Of a stretch of 64,000 nt of DNA, positions 19,322-33,835 are shown in pieces. Both the position numbers and the translations under genes were made by a program. The notes under the pieces were generated by a model, which did no database searches, was not told the DNA's origin, and saw only the letters and a program-made list of their open reading frames with translations. The DNA comes from Macrostomum hystrix (lineage: Eukaryota; Animalia; Platyhelminthes), in assembly GCA_950097015.1 (NCBI GenBank), contig CATNEN010000003.1, positions 1,922,001 to 1,986,000 of the forward strand, written 5' to 3'. Position 1 is the first letter of the stretch, and every line of letters begins with the position of its first letter.

Positions 19322-19520
19322 AAGGGTTTTAGCCTAGTGATTAGAGCGTCGAACTCACGACTTGTAGGGCGGGGGTTCGATTCCTAGCTCTAATAGAACT
19401 ATTTGCGTCCTTTAGCACGATACTTGACTCCGCATTGTTCAAAGCTCACCAAGCATTAGCATTAGCTGGGGCAATGCTGTGGCTTTGCTGTCGGCTCCAT
19501 GTGTGTATAACAGTCGAAAT
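19322..19520 (+). mobile_element. tRNA-derived SINE, family A
   Basis: TAGCCTAGTGATTAGAGCG (A-box-like) ... GGTTCGATTCC (B-box), followed by GAACTATTTGCGTCCTTTAGCACGATACTT, which is shared with 58058-58300. Confidence 0.75.
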
Positions 19521-19721
19521 TGTACGAGCAATTTAGTGTACTCGTATTTTACACTAAAAGTGCAATTATAAGTATTCATAAATTACATGCGTGAATGCCT
19601 TGCGGTCCAATCGGGGCAGGTGTAGTCACATAAGAGCTAATTTGTTTTATTATTCGTTATAATATGCTTAAGTTAGAGACAGGTCTTTGTCTTTGAAGAG
19701 CGTGCATCATTTGTCAAGCTG

Positions 19722-21215
19722 TCAGCCGCTCATGGGGTATTTGTCCAATTCGTATGGCTTCGGCTCGTTCCAATACTCGCCGATCGGTTGGCTGAATGCG
19801 TCATTCTTTCTGAACGGCGTGTCCCGCGCCTTCACCTGCGTCACTCCCTGAATGAAAATTATAAAATAAATGCACTTTATTCTGGGCAATTTTGTCACAA
19901 CTTTTTTAAAAGATGCAATAAGCACTACTTACAGTAGCTCGGTCACGATGCTCAGTCCAGAATGTGATCGGCTGATCTAGCTCATAGTTGTGCTGCTGTA
20001 AAACGTTTACATATTATATTTTTAAAACTTACTATATTAACTTCTCAATGAGTCTGTTAGTAGGATGTAAGCACATTTACAATTAAAATTTACCCTTGTT
20101 GGCGCGGGCGGTTTCGACATAAACTCGCGACTAAAGAAGTCAGTTTTAGTGACCGACGCCGTCACCGGTTCGACTGGTTCGCCTGCGAATTCTTTTTCAG
20201 CTTCTTGTCTGCAACAGAAACGATTAATTTTCGAAAATGTAAATTGTTTTTTATGTATTTCTATTAACAAAAACCTGCAAACTTTTTGTTTACAATTTTT
20301 AAATTTAATTGTTTTTACTTTGAATCAAATTATGAATGACGTGGGTATAAGGTTTCTAAGAAATTAGAAATTTCCTTCTGTTTCTGTTAGCCTTCTAAAT
20401 AATTTCTGGTTGCCTTAAGTGCAGTAGAGTTACTATTCAATGTACAATAAACTGCAACAAATTAAACTTACTCAAATTGTTTTAGCAGCTGCTGCTCTAT
20501 TAAACGACTTCTGGCTCCTGCAAATGTTTTACGTTATGACATTCTTATCTCAAATAGGTATAGGAATTTCGCTCATAATTTTTCATCTAAATAAACTTCT
20601 TGTGAATTAATGAAAGCGCTCACCTTGAGTAGACTGTGGCTGAATCTCGTGTCTCTTATAGTCGGTGTGGGTGACTGTGTCAGTCTCCTGGTGCCTGTCC
20701 AGTGAAAGGATGCCTTTGTTGCCGAACTTTAAAATATCGCGCTTCACTCGTTCGTCCACACCGTTAGTTAGTCTCTGATAGAAAATGTGAATTCAGCGAA
20801 GTAATTAATGTATGAGGAAAGCATTATTTGAAGTACAGTCTTTACTTCAGCCAACCTGAGAGTATACAATACTCTAAGTTCGCATGTGGCTTGTGTTTAA
20901 AGGCTAATCTTTATACTTTTTAATCCAAAATATCAAACCAGCATGTTGTCAAGTTAGAAATTTCAACACACTTTTAATGATTCAATAATGACCATCATTA
21001 AATTTTCACTGTAACAATTAATACCAAGAATGGTAGTTATATTAAAAATATTGTTAAGTTTTAATTCAAGCATTCAATATAGTGTATTTCAGCTGATGCA
21101 AAAAAAACGAGCTAAACAACACAATACCAATACTTACCTCCTCAACCCAATTTTCCATAAGACACTTGGAGTCAGAATTTGGCAGCGTCTGTCGCTGCTT
21201 TTGATCCTGAAACAT
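19722..21215 (-). CDS. SPAG8: Sperm-associated antigen 8 homolog (ciliary microtubule inner protein)
   Basis: Exons 21215-21138, 20774-20624, 20517-20472, 20208-20094, 19995-19933, 19847-19722 splice in phase. The protein has CLMENWVEER, GNKGILS, QPITFW and GVTQVKARDTPFRKNDAFSQP...PYE...YP, as in SPAG8. Confidence 0.88.
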
Positions 21216-21606
21216 TTTCTAAATATTCTGACGAAACTTAAGCAAGGCCTTGTTAAAAAACTATTTACTAAAAATATATGCAGTAGCACGACCTTATATA
21301 AACTATAGATAGTTATTTGATTTAAACTCGTGGTATTCACAAATGTCTTGGAGATAAAAACATCGAAAATAAAGCTAAAAGTTTATATTTAAATTTAATA
21401 AAGCTATGTTTATAATTGCATAATTTTTTTAAAGGTACTTTTTTTAATACATACCTTACGAAAAAGACACATATTTGTTAGAGTGTGTACTGCTTCTCTT
21501 AGTAGCGACAAAATTCAACTTTAAACGGCAATTTTTTTATTACTAGTTCTGAACTTCTGAAGGTGCAACTACGGTTTTCTAAAAAGCATAAAGAAAATAA
21601 AACTAA

Positions 21607-24600
21607 ATGGCCTCCGCAAGGGCAGTAACAGGAACGAGGTAAGTTTCTTTTTTTATGCAATAATTTGTGCACCGAAATGAAATGTGACTAACTGCTCCTA
21701 GTGGCAACCGTAGTTACCACAACATAGCCTTTTTAGCAGCTTTTAAGACTAATGCAACAGTAGAACTTGGGGAATGCACTTTTCTTCAGCAAAGAATAGA
21801 GTGAAAAGAAGCATTTATGCGAGTCTAAAAAACAAATTCCATCCAGACCTTAGAATATAATTATTGACTGTAAGGAAGGAATATTACATTTAATTTATGT
21901 TTATCTAATATTAATCTGAGTGTCTGTTCATAATAATTGCTGTAGGTTTAAACTAAAACAAACAAATTAGAATGATTTAATTTGATTTAAATAATTCTTC
22001 ACAAAAAGTTTGGATATTGATTCTAAGCTTCTTAGCTGGGATTTTTTCTGCATAGTAATATATATTATACTTGGATTTTTTACATAATCTAAATGCATGC
22101 TTGTCTTGTTTCTTTGAATAAATAATCAAGGCAACATTATCTATTCTTTATTAATATAATTTTTTTGATCTTTATAATAAATTTAGCAAATATTTAACTT
22201 AGGGCAGGACAAAGTTGCATGACTGAAAAAATATGTATTCACAAAAACTAATGTACGAGCTAAAATAATTTTCAAAATCCAACAGTGCGGTTAGCAACCT
22301 GCCGTCCGAGCCGACACAGCTGCCGCAGTTGGAAATTCCGGAGAATCCCCCAGTGTCAAGCGACTCAGCTTTAGCCTTTCTAAGGGAGCTGCGTAAGTTT
22401 GCGTCGTACAAATTTGCAGACTTGCTGCTTTAAAGTAGAGTCGCAAAATTGAAAACTTTTAAAACAACCATCTTAACTTTCAGAGGAAGACGACTACGCG
22501 TATTTGCTGTTCGAAGACACGCTGACATCCGTTTCAGAACAGGGCAAACAACTCGGTGAATATAAGGTGATTTATTGGCTATCAAGCTCTGATTGAGAGG
22601 TCAGAAGTTCGAACCTCAGCCTAAGAGAAACTATTTGTGCCCGGTTCACCCAATTGCAAAATGCATACCAAAGAGCCAATTTTACTAGTGTTTTTTTGCA
22701 GATGTCAGTTGAAAAGGCTGTAAAATTCGGTGATCCCTGCCTACTGGTGACCGCTAGTAGTCATGGCCTAATAGATAACGTTCCCTGCGGCACTAGCATC
22801 ACCTGTCACGTGACCTATAACCTGGAGACAATTGAGCAGCAGCAGCACGAGTACGTGAAACTTGAAAATCATCCGCTAGATAGAAAAGTACACATTGTCC
22901 GCTGCGACGAAGGACTCAGAGTAACGAAGAATGTTGTGCGGGGAGAACTCAAGGAAACCACTAGCAAGGTGATGCCGTACGGCGCTATGGAGGGCTTCAT
23001 TTCTGAGGGTGAGTCTTGCCGTTGGATATGAGAACATGGTTGTGAAATGTTCATAGTGTAGGAATGAAAAGCATTAAGCCTAAATTCATCGAGTTAATTC
23101 TGCAGTTGCCGCCAAACTTTTTATTTAAAAAAATCTGCTCTTTTAGGCGCCAATCTTCTGCTTCAGCGATTGCTAATCACGAAGATTTTTCCCAGCTTCT
23201 TTGACGTGCTGTCCTTTGACTCGGATAGCAATTTGTGTCAGGCGTCGTATGTAAGTGAAATATAACGATTTATGAAGCTATTTACTTTGGTTGTCTCATT
23301 CAATGTGGCGTTAAACTTCAACAGATTACTTACATACACTAAGCCCAGAATTCAAGCTCGGGTTCAGCAGCATATTTGTTTTTAAACCGCAAAGCTTTTA
23401 ATGAAATGTTTTATGAAAACTCAGAAATGCTATGCAACAACCTCCGATACATAAAATATTAAAATTCTAACATGACAACAGTCTTACAGTAATGTTTAGA
23501 TCTCGTAAATATTAATAGAGAATTAGCCGACCCCTTCCCTTCTCTGATTGGCTGCCGCAACAATAAAATCAACCCCATGCCCCGTTTAGGCGTCGTAAAT
23601 GTACTCGCTGTAGTCGCGCTTCCTTACCCACTCCCTTCTCTGATTGGCTGGCGTAAAAAATTGTACCCACCCCTCCTAGTTGTACAATATCTAGTCACAC
23701 TTACTTTCGTACTTGATGGGCTTTCGTTAACTTGCACGCAGACTTTCCTAGGCGAAAAGACGCAGCTGATTGGCGGCAAGCCTGTCGCAGTGCTCGGACT
23801 GCAGCGCGTAATTCAATCGCTGACCGACGTGCCGACCTCCTGGCAGACCTATTTCATGAAGGACAGGTGAGAATCCGTGAAGTTGAAATACACTAACAAG
23901 TTGAAATTAGAACCTTTAAAGGGAATATTGAATTCGTCAATTTTTTGAGTAAATTGAATCTTAATTCTATTTGAAATAAAAATCTTTCCAGCCATCTGAT
24001 CACCCGGGCGCAGGTGGGCTCGCCAGTCATCATGAAGGTGCTGCAGATTCCTGAATTGATTGAGCCAGGTATGTTAAACGACCTCTTATCTGTAGTTTCC
24101 CATGTCACATCCTCTTATTTATCTCGCTCTTCCGATGTCGATCATCATATATCTAAATAGCTCTTACAACTTTCGCACAATGGTACGAGCTAGCGCAGTT
24201 CGCTTCCCTGCTAAAATCCTTTAAATGCCGACCTTAGTTCGATTCCGCAAAAAAATCTGATCAATTTATCAGACTTAGAAACTTCAAAATGACGTTACAC
24301 GGGCATATACTATAAAATATTTTAATTTTATAATCTAGTGTAATGTATAAATTATACATTATACATAGGCATTATACTGTAAATGATATTGCTCAATTAA
24401 ATTCTAGTTAGAATCCTGAAATTCTCGATCAAATTAACGCCTCCTGTTACGATTTTTTCAATACATATAGGCTAATAATTATTATTATTAAGCAAACACT
24501 TACACGATGACCTTGAACCGATATCTTCTCGCGGTTATAGAATCGCACTTTAAATGAACTTTAACAAGTCATTGCGTGCAATTGGCCCAGTCTGTTGCTT

Positions 24601-26188
24601 GCGAGACTGCAGACTGACTCACAATGTTATAGTGTAATGAGCTAGCTACTCGTGTTTTTTTGAAAATAAGAAATGCAAATTCGCTCGATTCGGAATATAG
24701 ACGAGATGCCCGGAGGGATAATGATGGATTTTTAGGGCTGTTTGACGAGCTCATCGTCAAATTTATTTTCTCCTATTCCCGCTAGACTATTCAATCAAGA
24801 TGTGCCGATTGTGAAGATAAAAAATTCTCATTGATCATTTAAGCTGGCGCATGGGTCACAGCCTTAAATGTAATTTCAGGAACGAAAGACATCGTATTAT
24901 AATGTGTTAGTGTTTGAGCTTGAATGGAGACAAAATAATGCTGCGATAATATCTAAATGTAACATTATTCTACAAATTCTACATCTAAAATGAAGTTCAG
25001 CTGTTAATAATGCATTTTAAAGTGCCAGTCTTTGAGTGGCCATTGTCAAGTTTCTGTCGTTTGGAAGACATTGTCAAATGAGCGTCGTTAAGGAAACATT
25101 GTCAAGTAAGCGTCGTTCAGGGGAAATTATGAAGTAAGCGTCGTCGTTGAGGGGACATTTTGAAGTAAGCGTCGTCGTTGAGGGGACATTATGAAGTAAG
25201 CGTCGTCGTTGAGGGGACATTATGAAGTAAGCGTCGTCGTTGAGGGGACATTATGAAGTAAGCGTCGTCGTTGAGGGGACATTATGAAATAAGCGTCGTC
25301 GTTGCGGGGACATTATGAAGTAAGCGTCGTCGTTGAGGGGACATTATGAAATAAGCGTCGTCGTTGCGGGGACATTATGAAGTAAGCGTCGTCGTTGAGG
25401 GAACATTATGAAATAAGCGTCGTCGTTGAGGGGACATTATGAAGTAAGCGTCGTCGTTGAGGGGACATTATGAAGTAAGCGTCGTCGTTGAGAGGACACT
25501 ATGAAGTAAGCGTCGTCGTTGAGGGGACATTATGATGTAAGCGTCTTCGTTGAGAGGACATTATGAAGTAAGCGTCGTCGTTGAGAGGACATTATGAAGT
25601 AAGCGTCGTCGTTGAGGGGACATTATGAAGTAAGCGTCGTCGTTGAGGGGACATTATCAAGTGAGTGTCTTTGAGGGGACATTATCGAATGAGCGTCGTT
25701 GAGAGGACATTGTCAAGTGCGTTTCGTCGAGTAGAAGAATTTAGCAACTTTGCATCGATAAAGGACATTTTAAAGTAGACGCTAACAGTGGAATATCGCG
25801 ACTCAATTGTCTGCTAATCTCTACTTGAAACCCGCAACCCGCAGACGAGCGAATTCCAAAGCCGGAATTTGCCAAGAAGGAGCTTCAATGGGAGGACGAT
25901 CTGGAGCTGTACTCTCGCTACACGGATCGCAAAGAAGCCATCAAAGCCGATCAGCTCAGCTACATGCGCAACCATCCAGAACTGGCCGCCATGATGTCTG
26001 ACTTTCTGCAGCACATCCTGCTGCGGAAGCCGGCCGACCCGGTGAAGGCAGCCGCCGACTATTTCGTCAGCTTCTCCAGCCGCCTACCGCCGCAGGTGTC
26101 CTTCGCGCGCTCCGGCTCCGCCGCCGATGCGACACCCGACGGACGAGCCCGGACGCCAGCGTCCGCTACGAGGCGGGAAGCTATTTGA
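21607..26188 (+). CDS. CATIP: Ciliogenesis-associated TTC17-interacting protein homolog
   Basis: Exons ~21607-21638, 22286-22391, 22484-22566, 22702-23008, 23147-23250, 23742-23866, 23991-24068, 25845-26188. Motifs: LFEDTL..VS..GKQLGE, PCGTSIT, GFISEGANLLL, QVGSP, WEDDLELYSRY, and a C-terminal HPEL..MMSDFLQHILLRKP.DP..AADYF (RIIa-like). Confidence 0.92.
21694..21708 (+). promoter_or_regulatory. Imperfect RFX X-box in CATIP intron 1, near the SPAG8/CATIP divergent promoter
   Basis: GCTCCT-AGT-GGCAAC: perfect RGYAAC 3' half and an imperfect 5' half; both flanking genes are ciliary. Confidence 0.35.
22580..22660 (+). mobile_element. Truncated SINE family A head in a CATIP intron
   Basis: GGTCAGAAGTTCGAACCTC...GAAACTATTTGTGCC...TTCACCC resembles the family-A head and body. 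Confidence 0.45.
25065..25720. repeat. Intronic minisatellite, 31-bp unit (AAGTAAGCGTCGTCGTTGAGGGGACATTATG), ~17 good copies plus degenerate edges
   Basis: Tandem repetition ending ~120 bp before the last CATIP acceptor. Confidence 0.96.
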
Positions 26189-26220
26189 GACGCGATGAAA
26201 GTTTCTTAACTTTCTCGACA

Positions 26221-26535
26221 ATTGGGGTCATTCCAAGACATTTAGAGTCATTTAAACACACTTGGTATCATTCCAAGACACTTGGGGTCATTCCAAGACA
26301 CTTGGGGTCATTCCAAGACACACTTGGGGTCATTCCAAGACACTTGGGGTCATTCCAAGACATTTAGAGTCATTTAAACACACTTGGTATCATTCCAAGA
26401 CACTTGGGGTCATTCCAAGACACTTGGGGTCATTCCAAAACACTTGGGGTCATTCCAAAACACTTGGGGTCATTCCAAGACACTTAGGGTCATTCCAAGA
26501 CACTTAGGGTCATTCCAAGACACTTGGGGTCATTA
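26221..26535. repeat. 20-bp tandem array (CACTTGGGGTCATTCCAAGA) just after the CATIP stop codon
   Basis: ~15 copies starting ~35 bp after TGA 26188. Confidence 0.95.
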
Positions 26536-27229
26536 AAATACAATCGAGTTTTTACAATACTAATTGTGGCCATTTTAAAAGCATTATAGACACCAGAGGA
26601 TACCTACGGTCGTATGGTGACACTTTGAGTCATTCTTTACTTTAATAGCTCGTAATTAAAATGATGGTTAAAGCCTTAAAAATGGATTAGGTTAATATTC
26701 TTGAGTCCAACCTTATGGATTATTTTCCAGCTAGATCCAGTTCGGCTGTCTGTCTATTCTACTTTATCCAAACCTAATTTTAAAACGAAATTAAAATTAA
26801 AAAAATTCTTTGAAGCAAGAGGGCCTGTTTTCTTGTGTCTTGTAATTTGAAGGATCAATTATTTCATTTCTGTCTGTGATTTATTTATAAAGTTTTATAC
26901 GTTTAGTTTGGTTATTCTTACTAGCTTTGTGTCAAAGAAAATAAATAGTAAAATACATGTTTTCGCGTTACTATGGCCTTCGCTGTAATTTGTTTTTTTT
27001 TCTGCTGCATAGATTTCAAATTGATTAGTGAATTTTGCTTTGTTGGAATTAAAATACTAATATTTCAGACTTAAAATTTTGTTCCTGTAAATGTAATAAT
27101 AAGTTTGTACTCCCAAAGTATGTACTCAAAATAATTTTCATTTACCCGCGACTTTTGTAGCTATTTTTGTGCAAATTGAACTGTCTATAGACAAATTTCT
27201 ATTGATTTGCGTCTTTGAGTCTATAAGCA

Positions 27230-27700
27230 ATCGATTGTTATGTGAAGATGTCTATGGGTAAAACCACACAAAAATTTATTGCAGCTTGAGTTGTCTATTG
27301 GTAAAACGGCACAGAAATAAATTGCAGATTGAGTTGTCTATGGGTTAAACCAAACAGAAGTTTATTGCAGCTTGAGTTGTCTATGGGTAAAACCGCACAG
27401 AAATTTATTGCAGATTGAGTTGTCTATGGGTTAAACCAAACAGAAGTTTATTGCAGCTTGAGTTTTCTATGGTTAAAACCACACAGAAATTTATTGCAGC
27501 TTGAGTTGTCTATTGGTAAAACCGCACAGAAATTTATTGCAGATTGAGTTGTCTATGGGTAAAACCGCACAGAAATTTATTGCAGCTTGAGTTGTCTATG
27601 GGTAAAACCGCACAGAAATTTATTGCAGATTGAGTTGTCTATGGGTAAAACCGCACAGAAATTTATTGCAGTTTGAGTTGTCTATGGGTAAAACCACACG
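27230..27700. repeat. 43-bp tandem array (TTGAGTTGTCTATGGGTAAAACCGCACAGAAATTTATTGCAGC), ~10-11 copies
   Basis: GAGTTGTCT recurs at 27331, 27374, 27417 and onward. Confidence 0.95.
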
Positions 27701-28154
27701 ATTGTAGTGGAATCGCAAAGGATTGCGAAGTGACTTGTCCATACGCAGGATAAACTACAGGTGATAGATTGAAGAGTAATTTTTCCATTTAGTGGGAAGG
27801 CTAACATGTGCCAGCTGCTGCTGCTGGCAAAAATCATCGACCATGAAAATTGCGCAATTGTACGAGCTAATTGCTCAGTTTTAGCAAAATCACTCTACGA
27901 AAAGGTGATTCGCGGGGCCGATGCACAGGCTCCGGGTGGGATCAAAGGCGAGAGGATCAAAGACCATCACAGAATGAAGCAATCTGTATTAAAAGAAACG
28001 TGGGAAACTTTTCAAGACTGAAGTAGATTTTGCTGACGTCGATACCTGCGGGCTGATATACACAATGATAGCACCTGAGTGCCAGGTACTGAGGACTTTA
28101 TTTTTTGACGCATTTTTTGGGCGGCCCTGGAAAAATTTATGAAGATCTCTAAAG

Positions 28155-28930
28155 ACTGAGAAACAGAGAGACAGATAGAGACAGAGGCAGAGACCTTGCG
28201 AGAAAAAGAGAAAGAGAGAGAAAGACGGCGAGAGAGAAAACGAGAAAGAGACGGTGAGAGACAGAGAGACAGACAGAGAGACAGAGAGACCGAGAGACAG
28301 ACAGAAAGACAGACAGAGAGACAGAGAGACTGAGAGACAGAGAGACAGACAGACAGGCAGACAGACAGAAAGAGAGACAGACCGACAGCGATACAGACAG
28401 ACAGAGAGACAGACAGAGAGACAGAGAGACAGACAGAGAGACAGAGAGAGAGACAGAGAGACAGACAGAGAGACAGAGAGAGAGACATACAGAGAGACAG
28501 AGAGACAGACAGAGAGACAGAGAGACAGACAGAGAGACAGACAGAGAGACAGAGAGACAGACAGAGAGACAGACAGAGAGACAGACAGAGAGACAGAGAG
28601 ACAGAGAGACAGACAGAGAGACAGAGAGACTGAGAGACAGAGAGACAGACAGACAGGCAGACAGACAGAAAGAGAGACAGACCGACAGCGATACAGACAG
28701 ACAGAGAGACAGACAGAGAGACAGACAGAGAGACAGAGAGACAGACAGAGAGATAGAGAGACAGAGAGACAGACAGAGAGACAGAGAGACAGACAGAGAG
28801 ACAGACAGAGAGACAGAGAGACAGACAGAGAGACAGACAGAGAGACAGACAGAGAGACAGAGAGACAGAGAGACAGACAGAGAGACAGAGAGACAGACAG
28901 AGAGACAGAGAGACAGAGAGACACAGATAG
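28155..28930. repeat. Compound (GA)/(GACA) microsatellite containing a 300-bp internal duplication
   Basis: The diagnostic block starting at 28321 is repeated at 28621. Confidence 0.95.
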
Positions 28931-29091
28931 AGGCAGCGAGGCGCCGTCTGATTGGCTGAAAAATGAAATCCTCCATCCCCCAGGCAATGGTCCTGCCGGT
29001 TTGTTATAAATTCGTAACTTCGTGTCTATCTTAGTCTCTATACTCCTAACCTGCTAAAACTCAACTAGAAAAACCTGCATCAGATAGCAGC

Positions 29092-31211
<2,120 letters not shown>

Positions 31212-31215
<4 letters not shown>

Positions 31216-31925
31216 TCTATCAGTTCACTAGCTGACCCATCAGTTCACTAGCTGATCCATCAGTTCACTAGCTGACCCATCAGTTCACTAGCTGGTCCAT
31301 CAGTTCACTAGCTGACCCATCAGTTCACTAGCTGACCCATCCGTTCACTAGCTGACCCATCAGTTCACTAGCTGACCCATCAGTTCACTAGCTGACCCAT
31401 CAGTTCACTAGCTGACCCATCAGTTCACTAGCTAACACATCAGTTCACTAGATGACTCACCATTTCACTATCTGACACATCAGTTCACTAGCTGACCATC
31501 AGTTCACTAGCTGACCCATCAGTTCACTAGCTGACCCATCCGTTCACTAGCTGACCCATCAGTTCACTAGCTGACCCATCAGTTCACTAGCTAACACATC
31601 AGTTCACTAGCTGACCCATCAGTTCACTAGCTGACTCACCATTTCACTAGCTGACCCATCAGTTCACTAGCTGACCCATCAGTTCACTTGCGGACCCATC
31701 AGTTCACTAGCTGACCCATCAGTTCACTAGCTGACCCATCAGTTCACTAGCTGACCCATCAGTTCACTAGCTGACCCATCCGTTCACTAGCTGACCCATC
31801 AGTTCACTAGCTGACTCACCATTTCACTAGCTGACCCATCCGTTCACTAGCTGACCCATCAGTTCACTAGCTGACTCACCATTTCACTAGCTGACTCACC
31901 ATTTCACTAGCTGACCCATCAGTTT
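31212..31925. repeat. 20-bp tandem array (CAGTTCACTAGCTGACCCAT), ~35 copies, starting at the GPCR stop codon
   Basis: The first partial unit GTGATCTAT contains the TGA stop in register with the later CTGACCCAT units. Confidence 0.97.
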
Positions 31926-32477
31926 ACAGATGAAGAACAATTGAGGTGTCAAGAAATGTACATAAAACTGATACACAAAATTATATGAAACTGTAGGTGT
32001 TAATGTCTTTACATTTTACTTAAAATTTTACCAATTTTATTATCACGCTTTGAAAATTAATAACAAACATAATATTGTGAAAAATCTACTGGTTTGCATC
32101 CAGTCATCCGTCTAATTCAAAGTTTTTTCATTTCCTGTTAGCAAAACGATTGAATGAATAGTCAAGGAAACAGGCATTGTAAACTAACTCTGGCGTTGTT
32201 TTTCAATTGTCTTTTATGTTAGTGTGTTCAATAACAATTTTCATTAAATCTAAATTTACGACTATATTGAGGACTCTCATGTTTTCCTGGAAATATTTGA
32301 GAATATGTTTAGGAAAGAAAATTTTTAACTGAAATTAAACGAAGGCTTTCTGAGTAGGGGTCTGAAGTAGCTATTTATTATCCTGAACACCTGAAGTATC
32401 GTAGGTATTGGCTAATATGGACACCTGAAGTATCGGAGGTATTGAATAACTTTCAATAGATACCTGTTGAAAGTTAA

Positions 32478-33835
32478 CCTGTCTCATCTCTCACCTGTCT
32501 CCTCTCTCCCCTGTCTCATCTCTTCCCTGTCTCAACTCTCACCTGTCTCATCTCTCCCCAGTCTCATCTCTTCCCTGTCTCATCTCTCCCCAGTCTCATC
32601 TCTCACCTGTCTCTTCTCTCCTCTGTCTCATCTCTCCCCAGTCTCATCTCTCCCCAGTCTCATCTCTCCCCAGTCTCATCTCTCACCTGTCTCATCTCTC
32701 CCCTGTCTCATCTCTTCCCTGTCTCAACTCTCACCTGTCTCATCTCTCCCCAGTCTCATCTCTTCCCTGTCTCATCTCTCCCCAGTCTCATCTCTCCCCA
32801 GTCTCATCTCTCACCTGTCTCATCTCTCCCCTGTCTCATCTCTCCCCAGTCTCATCTCTCACCTGTCTCTTCTCTCCTCTGTCTCATCTCTCACCTGTCT
32901 CATCTCTCCCCAGTCTCATCTCTCACCTGTCTCATCTCTCCCTGTCTCATCTCTCCCCTGTCTCATCTCTCCCAAGTCTCATCTCTCCCCAGTCTCATCT
33001 CTCCCCAGTCTCATCTCTCACCTGCCTCATCTCTTCCCTGTCTCATCTCTCCCAAGTCTCATCTCTCACCTGTCTCATCTCTCCCCAGTCTCATCTCTCA
33101 CCTGTCTCATCTCTCCCTGTCTCATCTCTCCCCTGTCTCATCTCTCCCAAGTCTCATCTCTCCCCAGTCTCATCTCTCCCTGTCTCATCTCTCCCCAGTC
33201 TCATCTCTCCCCTGTCTCATCTCTCCCCTGTCTCATCTCTCACCTGTCTCATCTCTCACCTGTCTCATCTCTCCCCTGTCTCATCTCTCACCTGTCTCAT
33301 CTCTCACCTGTCTCATCTCTCCCCTGTCTCATCTCTCACCTGTCTCATCTCTCACCTGTCTCATCTCTCCCCTGTCTCATCTCTCACCTGTCTCATCTCT
33401 CACCTGTCTCATCTCTCCCCTGTCTCATCTCTCACCTGTCTCATCTCTCCCCTGTCTCATCTCTCACCTGTCTCATCTCTCCCCTGTCTCATCTCTCCCT
33501 GTCTCATCTCTCCCCAGTCTCATCTCTCCCCTGTCTCATCTCTCCCCTGTCTCATCTCTCACCTGTCTCATCTCTCACCTGTCTCATCTCTCCCCTGTCT
33601 CATCTCTCACCTGTCTCATCTCTCACCTGTCTCATCTCTCCCCTGTCTCATCTCTCACCTGTCTCATCTCTCCCCTGTCTCATCTCTCACCTGTCTCATC
33701 TCTCCCCTGTCTCATCTCTCCCTGTCTCATCTCTCCCCAGTCTCATCTCTCCCCTGTCTCATCTCTCCCCTGTCTCATCTCTCACCTGTCTCATCTCTCA
33801 CCTGTCTCATCTCTCACCTGTCTCATCTCTCACCT
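32478..33835. repeat. Pyrimidine-rich 16-bp array (CTGTCTCATCTCTC(C/A)C)
   Basis: ~85 copies; intergenic. Confidence 0.97.
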
